Assembly (NCBI RefSeq): GCF_006345805.1
Contig: NC_043001.1
Span: forward strand, 43,214,001 to 43,278,000
Reading direction: 5' to 3'
Source of the DNA: Octopus sinensis
Lineage: Eukaryota
DNA: 64,000 bases
The notes beneath the pieces were generated by a model, which made no database searches, had not been told where the DNA came from, and saw nothing but the letters and a program-made list of their open reading frames with translations. Positions 22,696 through 37,210 of the stretch are shown piece by piece (the stretch's first letter is position 1; each line of letters starts with the position of its first letter). Both the position numbers and the translations under genes were made by a program.

Positions 22696-24482
22696 CCCTC
22701 TGGTGGTGCAGTGGAATATCTCTTACCCAAGGTGATGTTTGTATTTGTGTATCTTACGTCTGGCAGCAGTGATAGTGCTATCCATCCAAGTAATTTCTTG
22801 GCACACTGCTGAGTTAATGCATAACTCCACTCAGTTACTTGCTGAGTGATGAGAAGTTACACATGTGTTATTTGTATCTGGGGTTGTACATACCCCACCA
22901 TACTAGTCACTGTACTGTTTATTGACAGGTACATTTTTGTCTCCTTTTCTTTTGTTTATCTTACTTATTTGTTTTTATATCTGAAAGGCTGATTATTTCT
23001 TGCATAAAATTATATATTATTGTCAACTGACCAACATATTTTTTTGTTATTAGATTTCTGAATGCCAGAAAAGTGAGAAATCTTTCCTTTCAGATTCACA
23101 ATGGACTATGAAAGACAAATAGGACAAAAGGATAAGTTTACACCTTTTATAAAGTTCTTTGAGAAATTTGTTGATAATCGTATCTCCAATTATAAACTCT
23201 CAGAGTATGCAACAGTAGATGAAATGTTTGCTGCCTTTAGAAGGAACTATCCATTCAGGATCTACATGCCAAGTAAACCAGCAAAATATGGCATAAAAAT
23301 ATTTATTTTGGCAGATGCTAAAACTTTCTATGTGTCATGTATGGAGGTCTACATGGGGAAACAACAAGAAGGCCCTTCTGTAGTAGATAATTCAGGAACA
23401 GCAGTGGTAAAATGGTTGGTGTCTCATATAAATGGGTCTGGAAGAAATATTACGATGGATAATTGGTTTACAAGTTACAGACTTGCAGATGATCTCTTGA
23501 AGGATTATAGATTAACATTAGTTGGTACTCTGAGAAAGAACAAGATAGAACTTGCTCCTCAATTTGTTGCCACAAGAGGCAGAGCTGAATACACAAGCTT
23601 GTTTGGTTTCCAGAAGGATGTTACACTGACCGCATATGTTCCCAAGAAAGGTAAAAATGTTGTCCTACTGAGTACAATGCATCATGATGCTGCAATTGAT
23701 GAAAGTACAAAAGAAAAAAGAAAATCAGAGATTATTACCTTCTACAACAGTACTTACTAAAGGAGGGGTAGACACTGTGGATCAGTTGTGTTCCATCTAC
23801 AATGTTTCCAGAAATACTTGACGTTGGCCAGTTAGTTTTCTACACCATATTCAATGTTGCAGGAATAAATGCAAACAATATGTTTATGGCAAACTCTCAA
23901 ACAGCTATCAAGCACCGAAAGTTTCTGAGGGAATTGGGACTCAAGTTGGTGGAGGAACATATCCATCATTGCAAAACAAACCCATATTTAAGGAAAGACT
24001 TGAAAAAGGAAGATTCAACATTTCTCAGCATCTAAGGAATTACGTCCAAAACATCATAGTGGATATTCCATACAAAGATGCTCATTGTGCCCCAGGTCAA
24101 AAGATTGTAAGACAAATAATTGCCGCCAGAAGTGCTATAAGCCCATCTGCTTGGAACATGCTATGCATATTTGCATTGACTGCATTGCGCAGAGAGATAA
24201 GGATGATAGTGGAAACAATGAGTAAACAGTAGATATGAAAGGAGCACTCTCCCCACCAAAAAAGTTTTATTTTGTTTGACCTTCATTTTCAAAGAATACT
24301 CATTTGTTTTTGTTTACATGTTAAATAAATACATTATAACAGAATATGTTTTTTGGCAATATTATTACTTAAGAACACATATAAAGTAATAAAATGTACT
24401 AAAAATAGCTAAAACTATGAGTGGGGTTCTCCATATCCTACCAAACTAACCATGAAAAATACAGAACCGTACCACCAGAGGG
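22696..24482 (+). mobile_element. piggyBac DNA transposon, internally deleted, transposase pseudogene at ~23101-24227
   Basis: TTAA at 22692-95 and 24483-86; TIR CCCTCTGGTGGT. Catalytic motifs TVDE, ITMDNWF and (after a 4-nt tact duplication frameshift) GGVD. YMPSKPAKYGIK present; Cys-rich C-terminal domain remnants. Confidence 0.93.
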
Positions 24483-25589
24483 TTAAAGATGGGATATAAA
24501 CAGAGAAAGTTAGTAGTGTTTAGAGAGTATAGTAGCTATTTCAAGATCATAGGTTTTGGAGGTAATGCCAGGAGTAATGTCTAGAATGGTCACCCTTTGA
24601 GCATAAGCAATCAACATTTGAAACTGTTATACGTGGTCTCACAGCATTATTATTTCCATTTCCTATCAACTCATTTATAGAAAGTGACCTACAGTAATGC
24701 AGACGACATTGTGCAATCTGATTAGTGTTTACTGAAGTGTCACTCAGAACATTTTTTTTGTCTAAAAGGCTTTGTAACAGTACTTTCATTGTACCAGCAA
24801 GAGCTGATCATCTCATTTTAGAGGACTTCTTCACAACTGACAAATGCACTGACATTAGTAACACAACAAAAAGGAAACTATATTGAATCATAGAAGCAGA
24901 TAATATTTTTGTTTTCCTTTGACTTTGTTATTTTTGAGTAAAGTCGCCAAAAATTAGCGTTTCTTGGATACATTTAACAGACATCTTCTGACCAGATTGA
25001 GTGAATGTGTAGAACAGCTCTTTCATATGTGAGAACCAACAAAAGAATCTTTACATGATCACTTGATCAGCTAGAAAAAGTAACCAAATCTAAGATAGGA
25101 GTGGGTTGATGTATAAATAGTGATTGCTTTTAAGTTTTGCAAACTGAGTGGAATTTGCTTTGTTGAGAAGCAACATGACTGTTATTTTCACTTAAAATTT
25201 CCATTAGCTGATATTATTGGAGTTATTTCCTTTTTATTGTTTTGGAGAATAACTCTTCGCTCCATCACAAAAAAAAAATCCTCTCAAGAATACTTCTGAA
25301 CAAACTGGTACTCATCTTTGTAGAACACCTCCCAGAGAGCTAATGTGGATTCAGAGCTAACAGGAGCCAACATGGAATTGTTTTCAGGCAGCTTCAGAAA
25401 TAGGAATACAAGGGTTTGTACATGACATTTGTAGACCTTAACAGAGTGTTTGACACTGGGCGTGAAGGGTATGTGAAAAATCATGGAATGACTGGGTTGC
25501 CTCCACCAAATTCCACACCATAGTCATACAGGTACACTGAAGATTGGTGTGGCTAAATGAGACTCAGCAATGTACTCTCAAAGCCCTTC

Positions 25590-26500
25590 TCAATAGAAAA
25601 CAATTTAAAGCATGGTTGCATTCTTGTGTCTTTCATCATCTCCTTCAGCTCATAAGGGCCACTGAAGAATTTGATGATGAGGAGGAGAATGATTACTACA
25701 TCCACTGCTCTACTAATGGCAGCCTGTTCAACTTTAAGTGACTATATATCAAGACACTGTAACAACATATTCAGGAGCTACGTACTTCACAAAGATTACT
25801 ATCCTCAATGTCAGTGAGACATTGCTGAAGACAGTCGAACAGGTCAGCTACCTGAATTGCATAATCTTGTCTGATGACAAAAGGTTTGACAAGAGAATGG
25901 CAAAAGCAAGCACTGCATTCAACAGACTGTATAAAAGAGTCTGGAATAATAAACTGACCGTCTTTCTCTTTGGCTCCAAATCATGAGGTACCTACTTAAC
26001 ATTCCTTGAGTGCTTCCTCTACTGCTAACTTGGTACAATCCTGAGGTCCTCGATCAGGCAGAAGTTACCTGCAACGCTGTTAAATTTACAGCTGCGTTGG
26101 GCAGAGTACATTTCTCAAATAGAAGACCATTGCCTACTCAAGATTGTGTTGTATGGTAAAACTCTCCACTTGTTATGAATGACAGGGTTGTACATAGAGT
26201 CTCTAAAGAAATCCATCACGTTGATTATTGTCAGTGATCTGAGGGATGGTATGTCGTAAGGTCTGGTAATGCACCATTCACTAGTCAGTCTCCTCCTTCA
26301 AGAACGCGCGTAAGACTGTTTTTTATGACAAAAAGAGATTAAAAACCATGACACAGCAGCTTTGAATCCAAAATAGAAATTTTCTAATAGCTGGGTCTAC
26401 TTTTTCCGTATTGGCCTAGTCAACCACCACGAGCTTTGCAGTCGATGTGGACAGCCCCTTTCCTGAATCTTCATTGGTGAAGACAAATCATGATGATAAT
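25590..26500 (+). mobile_element. Old RTE (BovB-like) LINE 3' fragment
   Basis: Remnants of SYL...RMAKASTAFNRLYKRVW and LKIVLYG, plus a C-terminal RIGLVNH-like motif and (gat)n tail. Heavily decayed. Confidence 0.6.
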
Positions 26501-27339
26501 AAACCTCCTAACGACACAGTCACTTATGATTCTCAAACGTTACGTCAGAAAACTGCAAAAGTCTAACGAGAAGTGAACATTTGGCTAAGAACCAATAATC
26601 CAGAGACCCGTTTGACTCGCTTTTTTTGGAAAATGATTTATGTAGATCACGTACTTTTAGCGAAATATATTACTATAGTAACACTTTAACATTAATTAAT
26701 TACATCAATCAGGGAGACGAAAGGAAAATTAGGTGGAACAGTTTAAACTCAGAAAAGTGATGTGCTAATTAAATTTTGCCAGAATCTTTACAGATTGAAA
26801 AATAACAAAAAAAATAAAATAAACGAAGTGATCTCAGCTCTTGCTCTACAACACTTCACAATGGTTATATTCGATTGATTCGAAGTAGTATATCAGTGGT
26901 ACTATGGTTATGGGCTTTAAAAAAAAGAAAAATTATCAGCCCCTAGTGAAATTTGAACCTTGAATACGTAAATATACTCTGAAGCTCCATTATGTCTACT
27001 GCAATAATAATAAAAGAAAAATACAATAACTCAATAAACCTTAACTTATAGTTAGATATGCCAATTTAATGTAGTATTTCTGAAACGTCATGAAACATTT
27101 CCATTCTCTGTAGCAAGCATAATTGTTTTCGTTCTTTTTGCATATAAAATTTTTTTAATAATTTTGTAAGTAATAATTAAACAGTATTTTAAAATAATTT
27201 TCGTCACATGTTAACCAGGGACTATATGTGGAATGTAACAAGGAATAAGCGTAAATACAATAAAAAAATCATATCAAGAGAGAACGATCCTTTGAACGAG
27301 ACTGTCTGCAAATGTAAGGCTTACGAGATTATGCGCTAG

Positions 27340-27620
27340 TTAATGCGAGAAACTGCGTGATTTGGCCATTAGGCAGAGGAGGTAGGTCAAGCTGTATATG
27401 AGCTGTCCAAAGAAGACATCGTTGGACGTTACTTGTGTTTGCATTCAACAGATCTATACGTCTGCGACGAACTTGCTCTCAGTGCAATTACTAAACATCC
27501 TAGGGCGGTTGCATGACGCCCAGTCTATGGAAACAAGGTAAGCGAGATGAGCGCAGGTCTTTGTTGTGTCCCCCACCCCTGGCAATGGCGTCCACTTTGG
27601 AACCTTCCTGTCGAAGTAGA
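27340..27620 (+). promoter_or_regulatory. Candidate PRDM10 promoter and non-coding exon 1 (donor after 27537)
   Basis: Non-repetitive GC/CpG-enriched patch upstream of PRDM10. Donor AAG|GTAAGC at 27538; YY1-like aatggcg near 27584. Confidence 0.5.
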
Positions 27621-30029
27621 TTGCTCCTACTCCCCCTTTCTCCCTGCTGACATGGAAACGGCCGCTATGTTATAAGGGGGAAGAGGGGCGCTAGATGAAA
27701 AATTAGCGAAGAAACTTGGATCGATCCTACCTATCATCGAAATAAGACTTAGACTGGACCGTTTTTGTACGTAATAAACATGCTACTTGTTGTTAATTGT
27801 TTAGTTGCAAACGCGGAAAAAGAGTATTTGAAAGAATCTCTTCAGTTCCTAACAATATAATGACGTAACAAATTTTAAGCTGTTTTCCTGATAATTTTAT
27901 TTATTTCGGCTTTTATGTTGTTATGTTGAGTGCACATTAGTGGAAAACTCCCGGCGAAACGAGATTGCGATCTTGTTCTTATTGCTCTTATTTCATCACG
28001 CCAGTGTCTGCAATGCCTTTGAGAACGGCATGAATGTCACAAACTCAGCTGTTCTCTTCGGTTATACATTCAAGACTTTGTGTCTAAATTAGAATTTAAT
28101 ACATTTTGTAATTAGAGAGATAACAAACATGTCATCACCTCCTTAATAATTTCGGCATAGTTCCGTGAAGCAAATATGGTTACATGGCACTGTAATGAAT
28201 TTTACATATCATGGCTGTTAGATAGATATATATTGTAATATACATTTCTTAATTTGGTTCAAGTCCTTGGGTTTAAGGAAGTGGAGAATCGAGCTTTGAC
28301 GTTCATAGCTTTTTCGATGACATTAGCGACATATATGGCTTCAATTCGGAATCGAAACCGATTTGCAAAGACTGGTCAGAATCTTACGGTGCTTGTATCT
28401 GATTATTACATACTACGATAGAGTTACATATTAGTTGTAACTCGGTATTTCTACACTGATACTATATGATTTCAATGTAATTAGGCGTACTAATAATGAT
28501 GTACAAATTCTATCCCGAGCGCCTATGTCGATATAGAATTGCGGAAAATTTACCGAAATGTATTATTTAGGCCCACGTTTGACCTGAGTTAGCACATCTA
28601 TGATTGTTCTACCTATAACTATGTCGACGTCCTTTCAATATTCATGACTTTATATATTGCTTGTGTCATTTTTGTTTTCAACATGATAGTGATGTAAAGA
28701 AGATTTAACTGCTATTTCTATTAGGTCGAACGACTGCATAGAGTCACGTTGTTTCGTCTAAGGTCAGCTGTGATTGAGCAAATCCATAACAAAATGCTTT
28801 CCTATCGAAGCCATCGTGTCTTTTTAGAAACATGTCTAGAACTAGATTATCCAATGTGTCTTTTTCCTTTTGTAACACTGAAGACTTGACTGCAATTGTT
28901 GTTGATTTAACTCAGGAGATCACAAGTTAACCAACATTAACAATGGCCCTTACGAGCATCTTGCAGAACGGTAGACCTCTGACCAAAGGCTTTCACATCT
29001 TTTTAAGGCTGTCTTTTCCTTATCTGAAATGGTAGGATGCGATTTGAGTAAGATTTGGCTGCTATTTCCACTTGCTTGATAAAAAAAACACTTTGATGGT
29101 CTTTTGTTATTTATTGTGGTTGATATTTACATCGGCTAAGATTCTTTTTTTGGTTTTGTTTGGATGAAGGGGCAGTGCCTGTAGCAATTTGAAGACCCTC
29201 TAAGAGTTGTAAGATCAATGATGTTAAATGTTGCTCTTGAACAGTTACAAGTTGATGGCTGCAGATAAACCCTAGGTAGAAAGGAAATTCCCAAAAGTTG
29301 ACATTCCAAGGAGGAAGGACTGGATGAAGTGATTAGTGTGAGATCTGGAAATGACAACACGATATGAATGATGAAAGAAGGAGAAAGCTGGGAGAGTCTC
29401 AGTGATTGTGGAATATGTCAGCCATGTCTGATAAGCAGAGACCACTGTAGTAGGTAGCAGTAAGGTGAAGAGACATATCTGTAGGTTAGAGGTTAGAAGG
29501 TGTTGGTGAATGGCTTCATGTCAACCAGTTAGGTGGCCTTTTTTTTTTACATACTGCATGTCTGTGTATAACAACAGCTCTGTCCCAAGAGTGGGGGCAG
29601 TGTTCAGCTATGAGCTTTGTAAAGAATGAGTAATTATTGCAGGATGTAGTATTTCAGAATACAGAATTTTGGTAAAATAGATACTGGTAATGTGGTAAGT
29701 GCTTATCGGAGCAGCAAATTGAGTATGCAACTCTCTTTCATTTGTTGCATCATCATCATCATCATCATTTTAACATCTGCTCTTCCATGCATGCAGGTAA
29801 AACTTGGTGAGGTAAATTTCCAATGGCCAGATGTCCTTCCTGTCACCACCCTTACCTGTTTCCTAGTAAGGCAATATTTCCCCATAATCAGACATGTTTT
29901 TATGGGAGATTAAGAATGAAGGAAACTGCTTGCATGACAGTGATATTTGTTTACAGCTATCACATGTCAAAGGAAGAAGACAGTAACACACATATGTATG
30001 TATACACACATATATGTGTGTATATGTAA

Positions 30030-31345
30030 GTTATGATCACATAAGCGGTGGAGCAATATCAGAGGAAGGTTAACAGGGAAACTAGCTTTTGTGTGTGGAA
30101 GGTGCAAAGGTACAATTAACATTAAAAATGTACAGAAAATGGACTCCATCAAATACTACAGGAGGAAAACTAGAAGTAGTTGATAGCTTCCATTTCCTTG
30201 TGACCAAGTCAGTAGCTGAGGTGGATGCCTTGAGAGCATAGCTGCTAGATTAAGAATAGGTTGGGCGAGAGAAAGGTAGATTGTATGATGTCTGTGTGTG
30301 AACAGCTATACTACACAGCAGTAAAACATGGGCTGTGACTGCTAAGGACATGTGTAGGCTTGAAAGAAATAAAGCTAGTATGCTTTACTGGATGTGCAAT
30401 GCCAGTGTGCATGTACCATACAGTGTAAATGTCTTGAGAGAAAAGTTTGGCACAAGGCATTAGATGTGGTTTGTAAGAGAGATGACTGCATTGGTATGGT
30501 CATGTGATGCATATGGATGTGGACAGCTGTGTGAAGAAGTGCTGATCTCTACCAGTGGAAAAAAACTGTGGAAGAGGGAGACCCAGGAAGACACAAGTTG
30601 AGGTGGTAAAGCATGATCTTCAAATGTTGGGCCTTACAGAGGCAATGGCTAGTGACTAAGACCTTTGGTGATATGCCATACTTGAGAAGACCTGTCAAGC
30701 CAAGTGAAATCATAGTTGTGGCCCTTGTCAGTGTTACGTAACTGGCCTCCATGTCGGTCGTTTATCGTTTAATGTCTGCTTTCCATGCTAGCATGGGTTG
30801 GACGATTTGACTGAGGACTGGTGAACAAGATGGCTGCACCAGGCTCCAATCTTGATCTGGCAGAGTTTCTACAGCTGGATGCCCTTCCTAACACCAACCA
30901 CTCCAAGAGTGTAGTGGGTGCTTTTATGTGCCACCAGCACGAGGGCCAGTCAGGCAGTACTGGCAACGAAGGCATGTAAAAAGCACCTTTCAAATGTTGG
31001 ATCTCAGAGACAATGCTAGTGTTGCATAAGTAGCACCCATGCTAGTAGTATGTAAAAAAAAAAGCACTTTTCAAGCATTTGGCCTCATGGAAGCAATGAC
31101 GAATGACCAAAACCTTTAACAATATGCTGTGCTTGAGAAGAAGACTCATCAAACCAAGTGAAATAGTAGTTGCGGCAGATACTGGCATGTAAAAGCACCC
31201 ATTACACTCTCAGAGTGGTTGGCATTAGGAAGGGCATCTTACCATAGAAACCATGTCAAATTAGATTGGAATCTGTTGCGGCCCCTCAGCTTGCCAGCCC
31301 TGGTCAAATCCATGGACAACAGATGCTAAATGATGATGATGATGT
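30030..31345. mobile_element. Cluster of RTE 3' fragments (+ 30030-30750, - 30765-30990, + ~31060-31345)
   Basis: Similarity to the LINE at 3914-5100 (ctagaagtagttgatagcttc, ctggatgcccttcctaac, (gat)n tails). Confidence 0.8.
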
Positions 31346-33554
31346 ATATATATATATGTATGTATGTATATGTATACAAACACACACAATGGGCTTCTTT
31401 CAGTTAAAGAAGACACTTACCCAAGGTACCACCCAGTAGAACTAAATCTGGAACCATCTGATTGTGAAGAAAACTTACCACCCAGTCATGATTGTGCCTC
31501 TGCATAAAGCCATTAGAATAAATTAGTAGCTCTCTTGGAAAGTACATGGCTGTTACAAAATGTTTCTCTTTCCCTTAAAATCAATAGATTTTATTTCTTA
31601 CCAGTTCCAAACCCTCGCTTCCAAAACATGAGTATTCACGTGGCTCCTCTACAGCAAGAAACCTGTTCTGTTCTGGCCCCTTCTTCATTCTTAAGCCCTT
31701 CATCTCCTAGCATAAAGCTGCCTCCTGTTTTACTGTAGCTCTACTCATAGTTGATCTTAATCTTGCAAGCTGCATGGATGACCTCACTGTTAATGATACC
31801 ATGAAAAAAGCTCCCACAGCACACTGTAAAATGGATGATGTTAGGAAGAGCATTTAGCCATAGAAACCATTCAAAAGCAGACATTAGAACATGATGCAAT
31901 TCTCAAGCTATCATATCCTCTCAAACTGTCCAACCCATGCCAACATTGAACATAGACATTAAATGATGGTAATGATGTGCATGTGTATGTCTTTGCCCTT
32001 ACATAAAGTGTGTTGAGCAAAAAAGCAATGATATTCATTGACATTCTCTGCTCACATATCATCCTATATCCGTTGTTTGAAAAACAGGGAAGGATTAATG
32101 ACAAAAAGGATATTCAGGGTATTCAGCTGTAAAACAATGCCTCTGTATTCATCCAACCTATTCTAGTAAGGGAAAATTGATATGGAATGAACAAACATAT
32201 GAATGATGTACTGCAGATTCAAAAATGAAAATGCATTCATAATGCTAATTTCAAATCTGATTTCCTATGATTGTATATGTTGGTTGGTTCTACATTGTTC
32301 TCATATTGTGTGTATATCATTTACAAAACAGTAATGTGGGGATCCTGTTGAAGGCACATAATGCCTCATTGGGCTATAATGATCTAAACAGTGCTTAGAA
32401 GACTATTGATTTGAGCCAACTCGTTATTTAGTTCCCCAGTTCAGACTGTATTGAGCAGGCCTATCTTGAATCAGTTTGTTTCATTTCTTGCTAATTGACC
32501 ATTGAGTTTACTCAGAAGTTTTCTAAATAGTTAAATCTTATCTTTTTTTTATAAAATAGTCAGGAAAAGGGACAGTGCTTTTGGCTTTTACAGTCCTTTG
32601 GGGCTCATGTGATTGGTGAAGTTGATATTAAGCTTAAACATTGATGCCTGTAAGAAGAATGTGGGTGGAGAAGGGATTCCAAGAAGTTACAGGCCTGGAG
32701 AGGAAAGATTAGCAGAATGTGAAATCTGGGAGAAGAGACAAATAGGCCTGTATTCAGAGAGTATCATAAAAGAACAGAAGCTATTGTTATAGAAATAGAA
32801 GAGGCAGAGAGAAGACACAGCATGTCTATAAGCTAGTAATTGAATCTTTGCTAATCAGTTAAATGGCATTTTGGATATGGTTTAGGATGTCAAATATAGC
32901 AACAGCATACTCTCATATAAATGAGCGATACACCAATGTGACTCTTACTTGAGTTTTGTAAAGGGTTAGTAACTGATTAAGGGTAAAGGATACATTCTAT
33001 GCTTATAACAGTTAGTTACATGTGCTGATATGAATAAAGTTATATATCAGAATCAACTCATTTGGTTTCTGGTTTGCGGAGAGCTGTTTAGAGACTGAAA
33101 TTGATAAGGCTAGGCATGTACTTCTCAGTGACCTATTGTGCTCTCAGATGTATTTAATAAAATAGGGGTAATGGGTGGGGATATATTCATATAAGAGGCT
33201 ATCTATTGCATCATTTGCATCACAAAAATTCATTCTGTATAGCATAAACATCGACATAGGAATAACCATAATTTGCTGACCAGTTATTTCTATTAAAGTC
33301 ACTAGCCTTTATAACAAGCTTTCTGTCATCTGTTACTAAGGTGAATCGCAAAAGAATTTCATAGAATCAGTCATTTAGCTCACAAACAATCCTGGGTGCA
33401 GTGATCATCATTGTTGCTGTGGTATTGCATATAAATAAGTTTAATTAATCTGTTGCATACTCAATTTTATTAAAATGTTATTTTTTTTATATTTTAGGTA
33501 TAAAGATGACATGATACCTCTTTATCTTGGCAGGAAGACTGAAAACTATTTTCA

Positions 33555-34073
33555 ATGGAGAGTGATAGCAGTTCTAATCAAACCACAGTGTGGGCAGCAG
33601 TGGGACAACAAGTGCAACACCAACAACAGCCACCACAGCACCCACAGCCGTCTCAAGCACAGTTGCACCAACAAGTGCAGACGCAACAAGCTGTTTTGCA
33701 GTCTGCCCAATTTGTTGCTGCCCCTCCTCCAAATAGCGGAACATTTACTGTAACCACTGCTCATCAGGGTCTCCCAATTTTAGCTGCAACACCAGCAGTA
33801 GCAGCTGCTGCAGCTTCAAGTACATTTACAGCACAGTATGTTGATTTTCAGTCACCTCAATTTGCTACATACCAAATCAACATTCCTCATGGAGCCAATC
33901 TCTATCAGCCAGCACAGTCTTCATTTGAAAGGATTTCACCTGTGGATGATTTCCAAAGTGGGGAAGTAGTTTCTGGAAGTGATGGTATTGCTACATACTC
34001 AACATTACAAACTGCTAATGGCACACAGCTCATTGCTGCTCCAACTGTTGACAGTACCACACTGCAGCATGCT
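33555..34073 (+). CDS. PRDM10: PRDM10 coding exon 1 (Q/A-rich N-terminus)
   Basis: Acceptor ttttag at 33497, in-frame stop just upstream of ATG 33555, donor GCT|GTAAGT. Confidence 0.8.
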
Positions 34074-37000
34074 GTAAGTCTGTTTTTATTATTTGTCCAA
34101 CACTTTTCAGAAGATTCTTATAAAATTAATCTATAGCATTCTAGAGAATTCCTGATTATACCCTACCATTGGAAAGAAGTCAGATTAATTATAGAAAAAA
34201 AAAAAAAACTCTTTGAAGAACTTCATATTTGTTATGCACTTTATTTATTGCTTTCTTTATGTTTCCATTGCAGACTTTTCATAGACATCATGTTATGAAC
34301 GACAACTTGATGGCAGTGCAGCGTGTTGTTTCTCCAGTTGATTGTACTGTGAGCCAGTCTACACTGAGTCTCCAAAGGGATCATGACAGTACTCACCAGG
34401 CTTCCACTATTGGTTCTGTGGTTTGTAGATTCTTTTAATAACATAGTAATATTACTAACATTGCCAATGCATTGCAATTTGGCTTTCTTTTTACAATCTC
34501 TCTACTGAGTTTCATTTTCTTATTTTCCTCTGCTTCTCTCACTAGTGCTATAGAGCAGTTTATGATCTTATTTTGATTCCGAGTTGAAACAGCATCACTT
34601 TATTTAATGCTACTACTGTAGAAAGATATAAGACATAAATGTCACAAATCTGGACCATTTAGTTATAAACCAGATTAGCTGATTTCCTTCAATGGCAAGC
34701 AGGGCTGAAATTTATTAATAAATATATATATTCAATTGACAATTAAAGCTATTTAACTTAATGTGTTATTAATGGCATTGAGAAAAGCATGACTATCACA
34801 AATTTCTTTGTTCATGGTTAGCTGCATGGTAATTAATTATTATCACTGCTGCTTGTATGTGTCCACCTCATCTTGTTTTTTGATATATCTGTTAGTGTCA
34901 TTGAATTACATATGAATAAACCCATTTGTTACAGAGTCAGCACCAACCTATGGAAACTCTGAGTGGAGAACCAGATACAACTCAAGAAGACAGCCAAGAC
35001 TTTAGTTCTGCCCAAGGTGAACTACATTTAAAAAAATCCTTTTATCACACATCTAGTTGCCAATGTTCCTTATTCATTTCTTTTATATATTATATTGGTA
35101 AATGCCAGTATTTTGAACTATAGAGCTGGAAATATATGTGCTGAACATGAATCAAACATACTGCATGTTGGTATGAAAGAAATTTGTACTTCATTTCATG
35201 AAATCTCAGCTATTCAATGTGTGTGTGTGTGTGTTCGCCAGCATGGAAGGCGAATATTAAATGCTGCTGCTGATGAAATATATATGGAGGTGCATGGCTT
35301 AGTAGTTAGGGTGTTGCACTCATGATTGTAAGATCATGGTTTTGATTCTTGGACTTGGTGATACATTGTGTTCCTGAGCAAAAACAGTTCATTTTATGTT
35401 GTTCCAGTCCACCCACCTGGTAAAAATGTGATGAACAGGCATCCCATCCAGTAGGCAATATATATATATATAAAAACAATAAACATTGCCCTTTTCAAGC
35501 GTAGCCAGGCTCATGGGCCCAGTTTCCTGGTTTCTGTGGCATATGTATTCCCCCTAGCTGGACGGGACATCAGTCCATCGCAGTGTTACTCAAGAAATAG
35601 GAAGATAGAGTGAGTGAAAGAGTACAACAGGGGTCACCACCACCCCCTGCCAGAGCCTCGTGGAGCTTTTAGGTGTTTTCACTCAATAAACACACACAAT
35701 GCCTGGTCTGGGAATCGAAACCGCAATCCTCCAATCACAAATCTGCTGCCCTAACCACTGGGCCATTGCGCATCCACACACACACATATATATATATATA
35801 CATATACATACATATATACATGCATGCATGTATATATACATATACAGTATCTCACAGAAGTATGTACACCCCTAAAAAATTTCTGTAAAATTGCCATTAC
35901 TCTGATAATATTGAAGGAAATCAAACAAAATTTATACTGAATAAAATATATTATGCATCCAAACATTATGCAAATTTGGAACACAAAACAATAAACATTT
36001 TCAAATATATGAATGAAATATTAATTTTCAAACGTTACAAAAGTATGTACACCCTAAAGGAAATTTGCTATATTCAATATTTTATCCACTTTATTTACTA
36101 ACAGCTGTTAATTTAAATTCTAATAAATTATTTCTCCTGGCATTTTTGCACCGGTCATTGTTATTGCATGTACAGGAATTCTGATTTGTGTACCATGGTG
36201 AAAATCTTCTTCATTGTGATTAAAATGGCACCAAAAGGAAAAGAATTTTCTCAAGATTTTAAGAAAATTATTTTTAATTTACAGGAAGTGTTATGCTTTG
36301 GGGATGCATGAGTGCAGCTGTTGTGGGAGGGCTCACATTTATTTAAATAACAATGGATTCAAGGCTTTATTGTGACATATTGCAGAAAACAATGTTGGAA
36401 AGCATCAAGGAACTAGGAAGACATTCCATGTTCCAACATGTTAATGACCCTAAATACACTTCAAAGATGACGACTAAGTTTTTATCAGATAGAAAGGTAA
36501 AGGTATTGCCTTGGCTTACCATGTCACCTGATTTAAACCCAATTGAACATCTGTGGGGTGTTTTGAAAAGAAAAGTTGAGGAGAAAAAAATTTGCAATGT
36601 AACACAGTTGAGAGACATCATTCAGGATGAATAAAGGTCAATTATATGTGGAAATTTAATAGTTATTGAAAGCAAGGGCAGTTACACCAAATATTGAATA
36701 AAATAATCCCTTGACTTACGTGGGTGTTACATTCCAAACCCTCCTGTGATAGGTGAAAATCCATGAAGTAGAAACAGTACTGTACTGTATATTTTTAAAA
36801 TTATTTTTATAATTTCTATATATTTATTTTACTATAAATGCAAAATAACATCACAGAGGAATCGACGTAAGCTTAAATAATAAACTGCGACAGGTGAACC
36901 ACAATATGGCGAGGGATTACTGTATAGCAAATAATCCTTTAGGGTGTACATATTTTTGAAACATTTAAAAATTAATATTTCGTTCATGTCTTTGAAAACA

Positions 37001-37155
37001 CGTATTGCTTTGTGTTCCAAATTTGTATAATGTTTGCATGTAATAATATAATTCATTCAGTATAAATTTCACTTGATTTCCTTCAATATTATCAGAGTAA
37101 TGGCAATTTTACTGAAACTTTTTAAGGGTGTATAAATATGTGTGTGCGTGTATAT

Positions 37156-37210
<55 letters not shown>

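Noticed and set aside
23101-23760. 219-aa ORF as a domesticated PGBD gene
   Set aside because: The N-terminus is deleted, the frame shifts before the third Asp, and it is still flanked by TIRs and TTAA.
29130-33010. Possible CR1/L2-type LINE remnants at ~29130-29690 and ~32570-33010 (minus)
   Set aside because: Too decayed to assign family or boundaries by eye.
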